The notes under the pieces: model-generated
What the model saw: the letters and a program-made list of their open reading frames with translations, nothing else
Databases searched by the model: none
Told to the model about the DNA's origin: nothing
Made by a program: the position numbers and the translations under genes
DNA from: Octopus sinensis
Taxonomy: Eukaryota
Length of the DNA: 64,000 nt
Direction of reading: 5' to 3'
Assembly: GCF_006345805.1 (NCBI RefSeq)
Contig: NC_043019.1
Span: forward strand, 28,953,360-29,017,359
Part shown: positions 11,324-23,624 of the stretch, one piece after another
Layout: each line of letters opens with the position of its first letter
How positions within the stretch are numbered: the stretch's first letter is position 1

Positions 11324-11642
11324 CTGTTGTAATAGAACAAAGGAAAAAACAGAAAAGATTAAATAAATAAAAAAGACTTTATTGCAATTTCATGACAAAA
11401 TGATATTACTGAGAAAATAAATTATATTATTCTGAGAATTGGTGGATTGACAAAATTGTTAGTGTGTCAGACAAAATACCTGACTGCAGTTTATGACCCT
11501 TTACATTTTGAGTTCAAATCCTACTGGTCAACCACATTGTTTTAGGTTCAGCCTCAGTGTGGCACCTTGGAGCAAATGTCTTCTACTATAGCCCCAGAGT
11601 GACCAGAGCTTTGAGAGTGAATTTGGTAGACGGAAACTGAAA

Positions 11643-12044
11643 GGCGCAGGAGTGGCTGTGTGGTAAGTAGCTAGTTTACCAACCACATGGTTCCGGGTTC
11701 AGTCCCACTGCGTGGCATCTTGGGCAAGTGTCTTCTACTATAGCCTCGGGCCGACCAAAGCCTTGTGAGTGGATTTGGTAGACGGAAACTGAAAGAAGCC
11801 CGTTGTATATATGTATATATATATATGTGTGTGTGTGTTTGTCCCCCTAGCATTGCTTGACAACCGATGCTGGTGTGTTTATGTCCCCGTCACTTAGCGG
11901 TTCGGCAAAAGAGACCGATAGAATAAGTACTGGGCTTACAAAAAGAATAAACCCCGGGGTTGAGTTGCTCGATTAAAGGTGGTGCTCCAGCATGGCCGCA
12001 GTCAAATGACTGAAACAAGTAAAAGAGTAAAAGAGTAAAGAGAG
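11643..12044 (+). mobile_element. Young full-length SINE A nested in an older SINE A (about 11545-11642 plus 12045-12265)
   Basis: Complete head ggcgcaggagtggctgtg. The degenerate family A 5' and 3' halves flank it. Confidence 0.88.
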
Positions 12045-12514
12045 TATATATGTCTGTATATGTTTGTGTTTGTCTCCCATCCCAGTGTTGGTTTATTCAT
12101 GCCCTTGTAACTTAGGGGTTTGGCAAAAGAGACCAATAGGAAAGAATAAGTACCAGGCTTAAAAAAAAAAAAGTACTGGGGTTCATTAATTCAAGTAAAC
12201 CTTTCGAGGCAGTGCCCCAGCATGGCCACAGTTCAATGATTGAAACAAATAAAAGACTAAAGATAAAGATATAATTTGTTCCAGGATAGAAAAGTGCTTT
12301 GAATAATTTGGTTTCATTAGTGTTGAAATTATCATTCTTCTCAACAAGCTCTAGTTTTACCAATAAAACCACAGTTCTCACATGTGACAGTATGAACGGA
12401 ACACAGTGGCAACAAGTTAGATTTGTATTTTCATTTTCCCACATTTATCATTAGTTTATTTAACCTTGAGGACTCAAAGTCTTTTATAATACTGAAACAT
12501 AATTTTCTCTTTAA

Positions 12515-12722
12515 CCCTTTAGTGTTCGCATTATTCTGCCAAAATTAATCCTTTTTTATCCACATTGCCTTGAACTAATCAGGCATTATCTTGGTGCTAT
12601 GAGATTCTAATGAGGTAGCTGTTAATTTTTAAAATGATATTGTAGGGTTGGTGTGAGAGACCAGATCTGTCCAGTTTGAACATAAAACAGGCAAAATACT
12701 TTTGGCCGGATATGGCCGGTTT
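12515..12722. mobile_element. piggyBac-like MITE, right end truncated
   Basis: TTAA followed by ccctttagtgttcgc. Reverse-orientation match to 53174-53395. Confidence 0.8.
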
Positions 12723-12989
12723 AAATTACACTCCTGTGCTATTCTTTTAAAACATGTTATGGGTACACTTGAAATAAATAAATTCAGTCTCAGTTTAACA
12801 ATGTAGCTTAAAATGATGTTTTAGGGCCCTATCATAAAGTTGGCATATGTCTGTGAGTAAGAGAAAGAGAGAGAGAGTAGATGTGTGTGTGTGCGCGCAT
12901 GCGATGATCTTCCATCTGCCTTCACCCACTATGCATTATTCATTAACATGCAAGTGGCTGAGCACTCCACAGATACTTTCTTTCTTTCT

Positions 12990-13194
12990 TTTTCTTTTAC
13001 TTGTTTCAGTCATTTGACTGCGGCCATGCTGGAGCACCGCCTTTAGTCGAGCAAATCAACCCCAGGACTTATTCTTTGTAATCCCAGTACTTATTCTATC
13101 GGTCTCTTTTGCCGAACCGCTAAGTGACGGGTACGTAAGCACACCAGCATCAGTTGTCAAGTAATGCTAGAGGGACAAACACAGACACACAAAC

Positions 13195-13245
<51 letters not shown>

Positions 13246-13407
13246 CACATATATACGACAGGCTTCTTTCAGTTTCCATCTACCAAATCCACTTACAAGG
13301 CATTGGTCGGCCCGGGGCTATAGCAGAAAACTCTTGCCCAAGATGCCACGAAGTGGGACTGAACCCGGAACCATGTGGTTGGTTAGCAAGCTACTTACCA
13401 CACAGCC
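12990..13407 (-). mobile_element. SINE A inserted into a SINE C copy (about 12930-12976 plus 13410-13620)
   Basis: Reverse complement of the family A consensus. The flanks are the two halves of family C. Confidence 0.88.
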
Positions 13408-13994
13408 TAACATAGTTCTCAGGGAGATTCAACACAATACAGAATGTGACAAGGATGGCCCTTTGAATTTCAGGCACAACTCATTTTTGCCAGCTAAGTG
13501 TACTGGAGCAATATAAAAAAAAAGTGTCTTGCTCAAGAACACAATGCACCACTGGGAATCAAACTCATGATCTTACAACTGTGAACCGAATACCCTAACC
13601 ACTAAGCCACATACCTTCCACATTGTTTAACTAAAAGGCTACAGCAAAAGGCCTTTGCCCTAACTGTTGCCCAGTAGGAGCAAATCCACAACCAGGTTGC
13701 TGTGAAGCCAACCCCCTAACCACATGGCTGGCTATGACAGCACTGATTTTCTTTTATCATTTACTTGTTTCAGTCATTTGATTGTGGCCATACTGGGGCA
13801 CCACCTTTATGGGCTTTAGTCAAACAAATCGACCCCAGAACTTATTTCTTTTAAGCCCAGTACTCATTTTATTGGTTTCTTTTGCCGAACTGCTTAGTTA
13901 TGGGGATGTAAACACACCGATACCAGTTGCCAGGTGGTAGTGGTAGGAGACAAAAACAGACACAAAGACATACATGCATAGATATATACATATA

Positions 13995-14389
13995 CTAGCA
14001 GTATCGCCTGGCATTGCTCGGGTTTGTTTCGACCCTTTAGAATTGGAATTTTTGAAAAGTAAAAATTTTGCATTATGTAGCTTGTTATTCTCTTTAAGTG
14101 AACATATTTTCTGATTGAAATACACTGAAAAAATGGCAACACAGCAGTCAAAAAATCGTAAGAAATAGGGATTTTCATAGAAAAGAAGCACATTTTTTAT
14201 GTAAATAATTTTTGGTGTTAACATGGTCCGATTGGAATTTTTTCTTCTACGGAAGGAAGAGCAAGCCTTCTTCTATCATACTCTCAGTTTTGGTCAACTT
14301 GCGCTGCAGGGTCTCGGAGGAGATAGTGTTAGTTGAAGGCTACCAAACCTGCCATACACAGACAACTTCAGTTTTATATATATAGAGGA
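13995..14389 (-). mobile_element. Non-autonomous Helitron-like element
   Basis: On the minus strand it reads A|TC...hairpin (cccgagcaatgccagg)...CTAG|T, with no TSD. It splits an old SINE A (about 13750-13990 plus 14392-14548). Confidence 0.8.
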
Positions 14390-15279
14390 TATGATGGGCT
14401 TCTTTCGGTTTCCATCTACCAAATCCATTCACAAGGCTTTGGTCAGCTCGTGGCTATAGAAAACACACAAGGTGCCACACAGTGAGACTAAACCCGGAAC
14501 CATGTGGTTGGGAAGCAAGCTTCTTATTACACAATCATGCCTGCGCCTATACATATTGTTATTCTTTTTATTTTCCGAGATAAAATGCTTTGTTGATTTA
14601 TTAGAATTGTCAGAAGTATATCTTCAATCACCCTTCTCTCGTATGCAGGATTCTTTGAATAAAATAGAGTCATTACAGATTGTTTTCATGTTCCGTATTA
14701 CGTATCAACGAATGTTTTCATATTTCTACTCCACAATTCAACCTACTTGGTTATTTATTCAAATTCAGGTAAAAGAAAAAAGAAATACAGAAAAGACTTT
14801 CGGTCCAATCAACTGTATTCTTTAAATCCCAAGAATGTGTAGCGAAGATAACTAAATGGTTACAGTAGAGAATGGAGAGTGGCTGACTGGTGAAGATGTG
14901 GGAGAGAAGGAGCGATAGAAGTAAATTAAGAACATTAATGCCATCTGTAAGAGAAAATCAGATCCCATAGAACTTGCATAAATAACTGAACAATTCTACA
15001 AGTGTTCTTCAAAGACCGAGGCAATAATAGTTAAGAGAGGCAGTCAGTTTGTAAGTTAAGATCAAGGAGGTTATACACAGGCAATATATGTGGGTTAGAA
15101 TGGTAAACTTTGTACAATATTAATATGCAAATATGCTAAAACTTCTTCAATAGTTGCAGCTGTATTGACAAACATTTTTATTCTGAATTGCAAATCAATA
15201 AAGATCAGCGCTGTTAAATTTGACCAGAATATTAAACATGAATATGTCTATGTATAAATATCTATCTACCTACTTATCT

Positions 15280-15290
15280 ATATATGTATG

Positions 15291-15324
<34 letters not shown>

Positions 15325-15368
15325 TACATACATACATACCTATTATCTATATAGGTGTGTGTATGTGC

Positions 15369-15430
<62 letters not shown>

Positions 15431-15834
15431 AGCCTGCCTGGCTGTCTACCTGTCAGTCTATTTATCTGTGTGTCTTCATATCTATCACTCCACCAACAAA
15501 CTTACATAGTCTTGTGTACACACACACATACATACATACATACACACATGTATAAATGTGAGTGTGTTTGTGTATGTAAATATATATATAAATGCATATG
15601 TATTATCTATTCATCTGTATATATAATATATACACACACAAATATACGCATACATATTTATATATACATACTTATATAAACACGTATAAATATATACATA
15701 TATAACAAAAATGTAAAATTTGTTTATTTATCTAACTATCAGTACATCTGCGTAACTATCTATCTATATGCCTACATGACCATAGTTATCAATGAGTTGT
15801 CTTATATATATATATATATATATCTCTATATATA

Positions 15835-15898
<64 letters not shown>

Positions 15899-15937
15899 AT
15901 ATGTGTATGTGTATATACATGTGTGTGTATGTGTATA

Positions 15938-15969
<32 letters not shown>

Positions 15970-16000
15970 ACTATCCATATATCTATCTACATATATAATC
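15280..16000. repeat. Compound (TA)n/(CA)n/(TG)n low-complexity tract
   Basis: Visible dinucleotide runs. Source of spurious YI/VC/HT ORFs. Confidence 0.95.
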
Positions 16001-17111
16001 ACAAATGTATATACATTTATTCATGAGTTGATTTTGAATTCCATAAATACAAAAACCAGAGTACAAATGAGGATAATAATTCTGAACAGTTTCTGAATGG
16101 TTTGCTTTCCCCTTCAAATTTCCTTTTATTTTTTTTCTTCTTGTTATGCCAGCTCCTCCATGTCAGCATTGATTGACTGCTGTTGTTTCCCACAAACACA
16201 GAAATTTGATTGCTTGTAGGTGTTATTTAGCTCCAGGTCAGCCCTCATCACATCACACAGATCTATCTATGTATCCGTCTATCTGCATTTCATTCAATCT
16301 ATCTATCCATCAGCATTTCCATCTATGATATATCTACCTTTATATATAAAACCTTTCCAACAGTGACCCTCTCATCTTTTATTATTGTTTGCCAAGTGAA
16401 CCATACACTACATTATCCAGCAGGATTTGAATGCAGCATAACTTGGTTGCTATTTCTAGCAGATCTAGCAACTATATAAAAGAGCCCTCATTTGTATGAT
16501 TACAGTAGCTGTTACTATTGTTGTTTAATCCCAGGTCATCCCTGAGTGTGTAGACCCTATCTATGATGAAAGGCATTCTAGCTGTATCATCATCATCATC
16601 ATCATATCAACACTTGGGCTTACTGTCTTGAGTCCTACGGGGACTCATGGGGTCAATTACTCAGTTGCCACAGGTGAGGGTTGGCATCAGGAAAGGCATC
16701 CAACCATAGAAAAATCTGCCTCAACAAATTAACAAATTCCATCTGACCCCTGCAAGAATGGCAAAATGGAAATCAAACTGATGAAGATGATGTACCCAAT
16801 TTCAATACCACGTCTCAAGTTGTCTCAAGCCTATGACAAAAGACATATGCTTAAAATATAGATAGATATTATGGAAGATGTGCTTAAGATGTGTCAGCAC
16901 ACACACACAGCTAGATTGAACCCTGGACCATGCTGTTACAAAATAAACTTCTTTTGCTCTATACGAGCCATGTCAACAGCCTGTTGGTGTTATGTGTAAA
17001 GGAACGACTCAATAGTATAAATGTACAAACTGAAAGTACAGGAGATGAAAGGTTTTAATTATATCAAGAGGAATAGAGCAGAAATGTTTCTAAAGAAAAA
17101 GGAAGTGTCTA

Positions 17112-17153
<42 letters not shown>

Positions 17154-17270
17154 TGTCTGTGCATGTATATTTTCATAAAATAGCAAGTTTTTAATTAAAA
17201 CAAGATGATTATAAACATCACTTTAGAATTTTAATGGGATTTGCAATCTTTGATTTTAATGCAATTTAAA

Positions 17271-17305
<35 letters not shown>

Positions 17306-17905
17306 TGAGAGAGAGAAAACATATGTGTTTTGTTATTTATTGGCAATTTGAGAAAAGATGTATAATGCAATTGGATATGACTCTTTTCCCTCTCTATGTA
17401 TGTGTGTATATATACATATATATATACACACACACACATGCACATACAAATATATACATACATTACATATAAACATACATATGTACATACATATATATAT
17501 ATATATACCCTCTCTCACACACACAACACATACATATAATACACACAGAGATTCATATATATTTATTACTTTATTAGTTACACACATACACAGGTATATA
17601 CAAAATGAAGCTTCTTGCTAACAAGTCAGTGAAGAAGCCCATATTTGGTTGCTTGACTGCTGGAAATAGTCAACAAACCTCCCTCAAATCACTGACTACC
17701 AGGTTTAAAAAAGGACACACTGGATAATGTGAGCTTGGGCTTCCTGCATACGGAAAAAAAGACAGGATGGTCACAGCTGGAATGTCTTTGATCAAAGGTC
17801 TGCTTGATCTGTGTTGACCTAGGGTTAAACAACTATTCTGAAATACACACACATTTATATATGTATATATGCATGCAGATATGTAAGTGCACATGCGTGT
17901 TTGTA

Positions 17906-17949
<44 letters not shown>

Positions 17950-18445
17950 CTAGCAGTATCGCCCGGCGTTGCTCGGGTTTGTAAGGGAAATAACTATATA
18001 AGCATTTTTAGAGAGTTACTTCCCTTATAGATGCCAATTTGGGCTTTCTTAGCCATTTTTGTTTTGGTGTCTTCAAGCCATGAAGTCGTTGTTCTAAAAG
18101 AACGCTGGTCTCCTTCACAACGCATTACGACGTTGATTTCTTTACACTCCCTTCCCCACAGCTTCACGAGGGAGGGAAGGGGGAGAAGCAAACAGGTGCA
18201 GCTGTGAGCGTGGACGCCAACTCCGCCGCCATCGACACACGATGCATTTTATGCATTAAAATGGAATAAAAAATGATGTTAAATTATTTTTAAAATCGTA
18301 GACTCATTGTTGACGCGCGCTAATAGTCAGACGGGCTCGATATGAATCACGACTATAAGATACCTGAATTTGGTTAAACTGCACCGCAAAATGTGGGAGG
18401 AGTTAGGAATCTAAATCGAAGGGGACAGACACTCACACAACTAGA

Positions 18446-18495
<50 letters not shown>
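17950..18495 (-). mobile_element. Non-autonomous Helitron-like element
   Basis: 3' end cccgagcaacgccgggcgatactgCTAG|T. The 5' end merges into a (TA)n run. Confidence 0.75.
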
Positions 18496-18499
<4 letters not shown>

Positions 18500-19024
18500 T
18501 ATATATGTGCAAAACTGGAGAGGACACTTCGGTTTTGCTGTAAAAAGTGGCAGAAAAAACACAGGGGGTAGCAGTCACGAGTGATAAGTCCATTCAGATT
18601 GGCGTAAGATATGGGCGCTACGGGTTACCTCTGACGGTGGGAGGGACCCCGTGTTCCATTGATTAGCTACTGCCCACCTCAAGCCACAATTGCGGCACCT
18701 GCCACAGGGAGTGTTTGTCCAGAATAGGACTACACAGCCACAGCAGGAGATGTATTAGGACATGAAATGTAGAAGCTGGACTAGATTACTTTATGCGCAA
18801 CTCCATTGTCTCCTAAGACAAAAAGGATGCTAACAACATATACACACACACATATATACATGTGCATGTGCGCCCAGTGTATGTCTCTATGTAGTAAAGG
18901 ATACTACCAGATAATTCTTGTAATTATAAAGAATATAGTGGTTGCACCTAAGTTTATTTTAAGAATGCTGTTAATGTCATTTAAATAGGCTATACTCTTT
19001 CTCTCTCTTACACACATGTTATAT

Positions 19025-19185
19025 ACATCATCATCAGCCAGGTGCCCTTCTTGTGTCCAGGAGTTGGTCTGCCAAGACTCTCCAGCTCCCTCTGTGTTGT
19101 GCTGCATGCATGCAATCAACCAAGCTCTTATTTCCCGTCCATTCTTTGATGCGATCAATCTACAAATGTCTTTAACAACCTCTTA
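19025..19185 (-). mobile_element. RTE/BovB-like LINE extreme 3' end with (GAT)n tail
   Basis: Peptide *IDRIKEWTGNKSLVDCMHAAQHRGSWRVL resembles the RTE C-terminal pattern W.D.IKEWTG....A.DR..WR. Confidence 0.7.
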
Positions 19186-20084
19186 CTCGCCTCTCCTCTG
19201 CACATTCTGTCTGGATGGATTTGGACCCTTACTCATTCTGCATTGTATGTCTAAAGCATGATAGTTTTGTGAACTTGATTCTCAATAATGAGGTGTGAGT
19301 GTTTATGGGGGAGGCTGAATAGTTTCTGGCTTTGGGTAAAAGAAAATACAGGGGGATCAGTTAATTATGATTTAGTTCAACATATTCCCCTCTTTGATTC
19401 ACACTCTTCCTGCAGCAGTCCTTCAGTTTTTCTAAGCCCTGTAAAAGAACTCAGAAGGGTGGGCCTCCAACCAGGCCTTTTGCCAGGGACTTTTCAGCCC
19501 CCCCCCCCCCCCCCCCCCCGTAATTGTCTTTGGACTTTCAGCTTTTCTAGTACTAAAACGTTTCAGCTTTTCTAGCACTACAGAATACTCTTTTGAACAC
19601 ATTTTGCCCAATCCTTGAAAGATACACAACTTAAAGTCTTCTATCTTCTCCATTGCTCTCTACATTGTCCAAGTTTCTACCCCATAGAGGACAATTAGCA
19701 TAATATAATACAACAGCTTACTAGCTTCAGTTTTAGGTGTTGTGAAAAATCTGTTTTATTCTTATAAATACTATTTTAGCCTTATTTGTTCTTTGAGTAA
19801 CATAGCAACTTTCCTGATTATTCATTTGTCCTAAATACTCAAAGGTTTTATATTTGATTAAACTTCTGTTCATCTACCATTATATTTGCTTCCTTTCATT
19901 CACTCTTACTCATAAGCATTGTCTTTGCATGCTTTTAAATTCATATCTAAGCCTTTCTTATCACTTCACTGTTACAACATCAACAAATTCTCAATGCTGT
20001 CTGCCAATAATGCTGCATCATCAGTGTATCTTATATTGTTTATGTTCATTCCATATATTATATAATCTTTTCTACTCTAGGCAC

Positions 20085-20452
20085 AAAGCCTGAAATTTTT
20101 TAGGGGAGGGGGCCAGCTGATTAAATTGACCCTAGTATGTAACTGGTACTTAATTTATCAACTGCAAAAGGATGAAAGGCAAAGTCAACCTCAGAATGTA
20201 AAGACAGACAAAATACCTATTTCTTTACTACCCACAAGGGGCTAAACACAGAGGGGACAAACAAGGACAGACAAACGGATTAAGTCGATTACATCGACCC
20301 CAGTGAGTAACTGGTACTTAATTTATCGACCCCGAAAGGATGAAAGGCAAAGTCAACCTCGGTGGAATTTGAACTCATAATGTAAAGACAGACGAAATGC
20401 TGCTAAGCATTTTGCCTGGTGTGCTAATGATTCTGCCAGCTCACTGCCTTGC
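20085..20452 (-). mobile_element. SINE B, two stacked copies
   Basis: Reverse complement of the family B core occurs twice (20085-20215 partial, 20216-20452). Confidence 0.85.
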
Positions 20453-20697
20453 TAAATATTATATATTATGCTCTTACTGTATGTATATGAACTTCTTTCA
20501 GTTTCCATCTATCAAATACACTCACAAGGCTTTGGTTGGCCTGAGGCCATAATAGAAGGTGTCACACAATGTAACTGAACATGGATCTATGTGGTTGGGA
20601 AGCAAACATCTTACTACATAGCCATACCGGCATCTATTGACAATGTTTTACATAAGACATCTGACTGTATATATATATACATATATATATATATAGT

Positions 20698-20890
20698 TAA
20701 TCCAAACAAGAAAACACAAAAAAACACAACAACGCGAGGACGTGGAACAAATATAGTATTATTGGACGCTCAGGAAAGAAGGAGGGTTTAACGTTTTGAG
20801 CGGAGCTCTTCATCGGAAACATAGGAGAAGGAAAGATCCAGAGAAGGGAAGACAGAGGAAAAAATATCGCCAACGGTACACACGAGGTCA
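20698..20890. mobile_element. Penelope-like fragment
   Basis: Motif ttaacgttttgagc...gctcttcatcggaa. Related to 34355 and 58456. The class call rests on this motif only. Confidence 0.5.
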
Positions 20891-21189
20891 TGTGTGTGTG
20901 TGTGTCTGTGTGTATCTGTACCTAGAGATTTGAACATGTAACACACACACATAGATGCATGATATATAGAACCTCTAGTTATGTACACACTTAAAGAATG
21001 GTGCATTGGCAGAATCAGTAGAGCAACAGATAAAATTATGATGCTACTTTATGTTCTAAGATCAAATCCCACCAGGTTGATTATGGTTTTTGTCAATCTG
21101 GTGGATAGTGGGTACAATAAATTAAGTGCCAGAGAGGTACTGGAGTTGATATAATCAACCTGAACCACTTTCGGTAAATGTAGGACCTT

Positions 21190-21700
21190 GTATTTAAGTT
21201 AGAGATCATAATCTTTTTTGGAATGGCGGAAATGGCAGAATTTATCAATTAAATATCTACTATGGTATCCAGCTGTAGAAACCATATCGAAAAAGAAGGA
21301 AGATATTAATGGAAAAGATGTGAACTGCGCAAGCCACATCCAGGCATCTCATCTAGGACTGGGGTGGGGGAGACCCCCAAACATTTTGATACAGGATCTA
21401 TCCTGTATCACTTCTTTTTCTTTCTTTCTTTTCTTTTTTTTATTATCTCAGTTTAGAAATCATTATCCTTTTGAAATGGCAGAAATGACAGAATTTGTAG
21501 ACATCTACCAGGGTATCCAGCTGTAGAAACCATACTGGAAATGAAGGAAGGTATGCAAACTACACAAGCCACATCCAGGCAACTCATCTAGGACTGAAGT
21601 AACTGGAGTTGGTGGGGGGGGGGCTGAAGGATGGAGACTTCAAACATTTTGATGCAGGATCTATCCCATATAATTTTTTTTCTTTCTTTTTTTGTATCAA
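21190..21700. repeat. Old diverged tandem duplication (about 260-bp unit, 2 copies)
   Basis: Collinear blocks gtatccagctgtagaaaccata, caagccacatccaggca, catctaggactg and caaacattttgat.caggatctatcc each occur twice. Confidence 0.85.
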
Positions 21701-22090
21701 GACTCTTTAGTCTTGTTGCCATTATAAAATACAATCAGTCCGTACCGATAGGAAGAGCAACTAGTCATACGAATAACATCAGAGATGCAGTGAGACATAT
21801 ACAAGCCATAATAGCATGGGAAAAATGAATTATGATGATGATGATGATGGTGGTGGTGGTGACGACGATGATGATGAATGTTTAATTTTGCACCCCCTAC
21901 CTTGTTGGAGTGATTCTGCCTTTCATCTTTGTGCAGCTGATCAAATAAGTATCAGGTATATTACTCAGAATGATATCATTGATTATACACCCTAACCTCC
22001 CCACCACTGCCCCATGTCCCCATGTATTTGTGGCTCTATGCTGATATTAAAAATCATGATATATATATATATATATATATATGCACATAC

Positions 22091-22131
<41 letters not shown>

Positions 22132-22470
22132 AACATATACACACGCTCATATATATCACTTAAAAGAGGTTACTTATATATCCAGGTTGTAACTACAGCC
22201 AGTGGTTTGTCATTAAAATATTAAACAAAAGGTAAAAAGGGGGTCAGGTATCTTTTGTATAAGGATCAGATATTTCATATGTAGCAATAAAAATCCAATA
22301 TCATGAGCCTTTACTTTATTGATAGCCTTCTGACAATAAATTACATATATGTGTGTGTGTGTGCATGTGTGCGTGTGTCTATGGTGTGTGGATATAAGTA
22401 TAAAACTGGATTAAAGCTGCCGTTGAAGTGAATGCTTGAATGGAGCATTTAGTTCCACGGATCTTCTTAC

Positions 22471-22536
22471 ATTACTCTGATCCAAAGTTAGCGGATGTGA
22501 TATAACGATCATAGGAAATACATCATCATACATCAT
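22471..22536 (-). CDS. Candidate alternative internal first coding exon (MMYDDVFPMIVISHPLTLDQSN)
   Basis: ATG-led 22-codon ORF with an in-frame stop upstream. Ends at AAT|gtaaga in phase 0, matching exon 11173-11323. Lies in non-repetitive, CpG-retaining sequence. No homology support. Confidence 0.35.
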
Positions 22537-23185
22537 CAAACACTTCGTGATATTCTTTCTGTTTTTATTTCATACATTTAAATGCAAACACACACACACA
22601 CACACACACCACACACACATTGAATCACGTATATGCGATACAGTCTATAATATTCCATCACTTTCAGAAGATCAATGAGACAGTATTTATTTTTCGTTGC
22701 TTTTTTTTTGCTACCCTTGTTGTTTTTGGTTTTAAACATCTCATTGATGTTTATTATTCTTATTATATATTTTTTTTGGACTCAGCTCTATTATTACGTG
22801 TTGATGATTATTCCAATGCAGACCCTGGTTCTAAAAGTACTTATGTCACATGAAAATCAATGACTTGGGCACTTTTAGCAGTAGGAGTTCATCTTGTTTT
22901 GTTTTCCCCTTGATGGTGTGAGATTAGGTTAGTAAATGTTATTAATATCCTCATATGTGTATGCATATATACATGCTGTGATGTTGTATTAACACTTCAC
23001 ATAGCAATAATTCCCAATTCAAGACTTTTTTTTTTAGTATTGATATTTACTTAATTTTACATCATGTTGAATTTAGTAACCAAAAATAAAGAATGCTTCA
23101 TGTTAAACCATGTCGTTAAAGATAAAAGGTTACCTCATGTTAAACTAAACTATCAAAGATAAACAGTTACCTCATGTAACTACCT

Positions 23186-23360
23186 AAGGCAGTGAGGTAA
23201 TAGAATTGTTAGCACACCAGGTGAAGTGCTTAGTGGTACCTAATCTTTACCTTCTGAGTTCAAATTCCACCAAGGTTGACTTTACCTTTCAACCTTTTGG
23301 GGTCAATAAAATAAGCACCAGTTGAACACGGGGGTAGATGTAATTGACTTAACTACTCCT
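23186..23360 (+). mobile_element. SINE B, diverged copy
   Basis: Match to the family B head and core. Confidence 0.8.
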
Positions 23361-23389
23361 GGGTAAAAGTATAAAAATTGTGCCCCTCT

Positions 23390-23624
23390 TATTTCTTTAC
23401 TGCCCACAAGGGGTTAAACACAGAGTGGACAAACAAAGACAGACAAAGGGATTAAGTCGATTACATCGACCCCAGTGCGTAACTAGTACTTAATTTATCA
23501 ACCCCGAAAAGATGAAAGGCAAAGTCGACCTCGGTGGAATTTGAACTCAGACCGTAGCGGCAGACGAAATACTGCTAAGCATTTCGCCTGACATGCTAAC
23601 GTTTCTGCCAGCTTGCCGCCTTAT
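23390..23624 (-). mobile_element. Full-length SINE B with 15-bp TSD
   Basis: TSD aaattgtgcccctct at 23375-23389 and 23625-23639. Confidence 0.92.
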
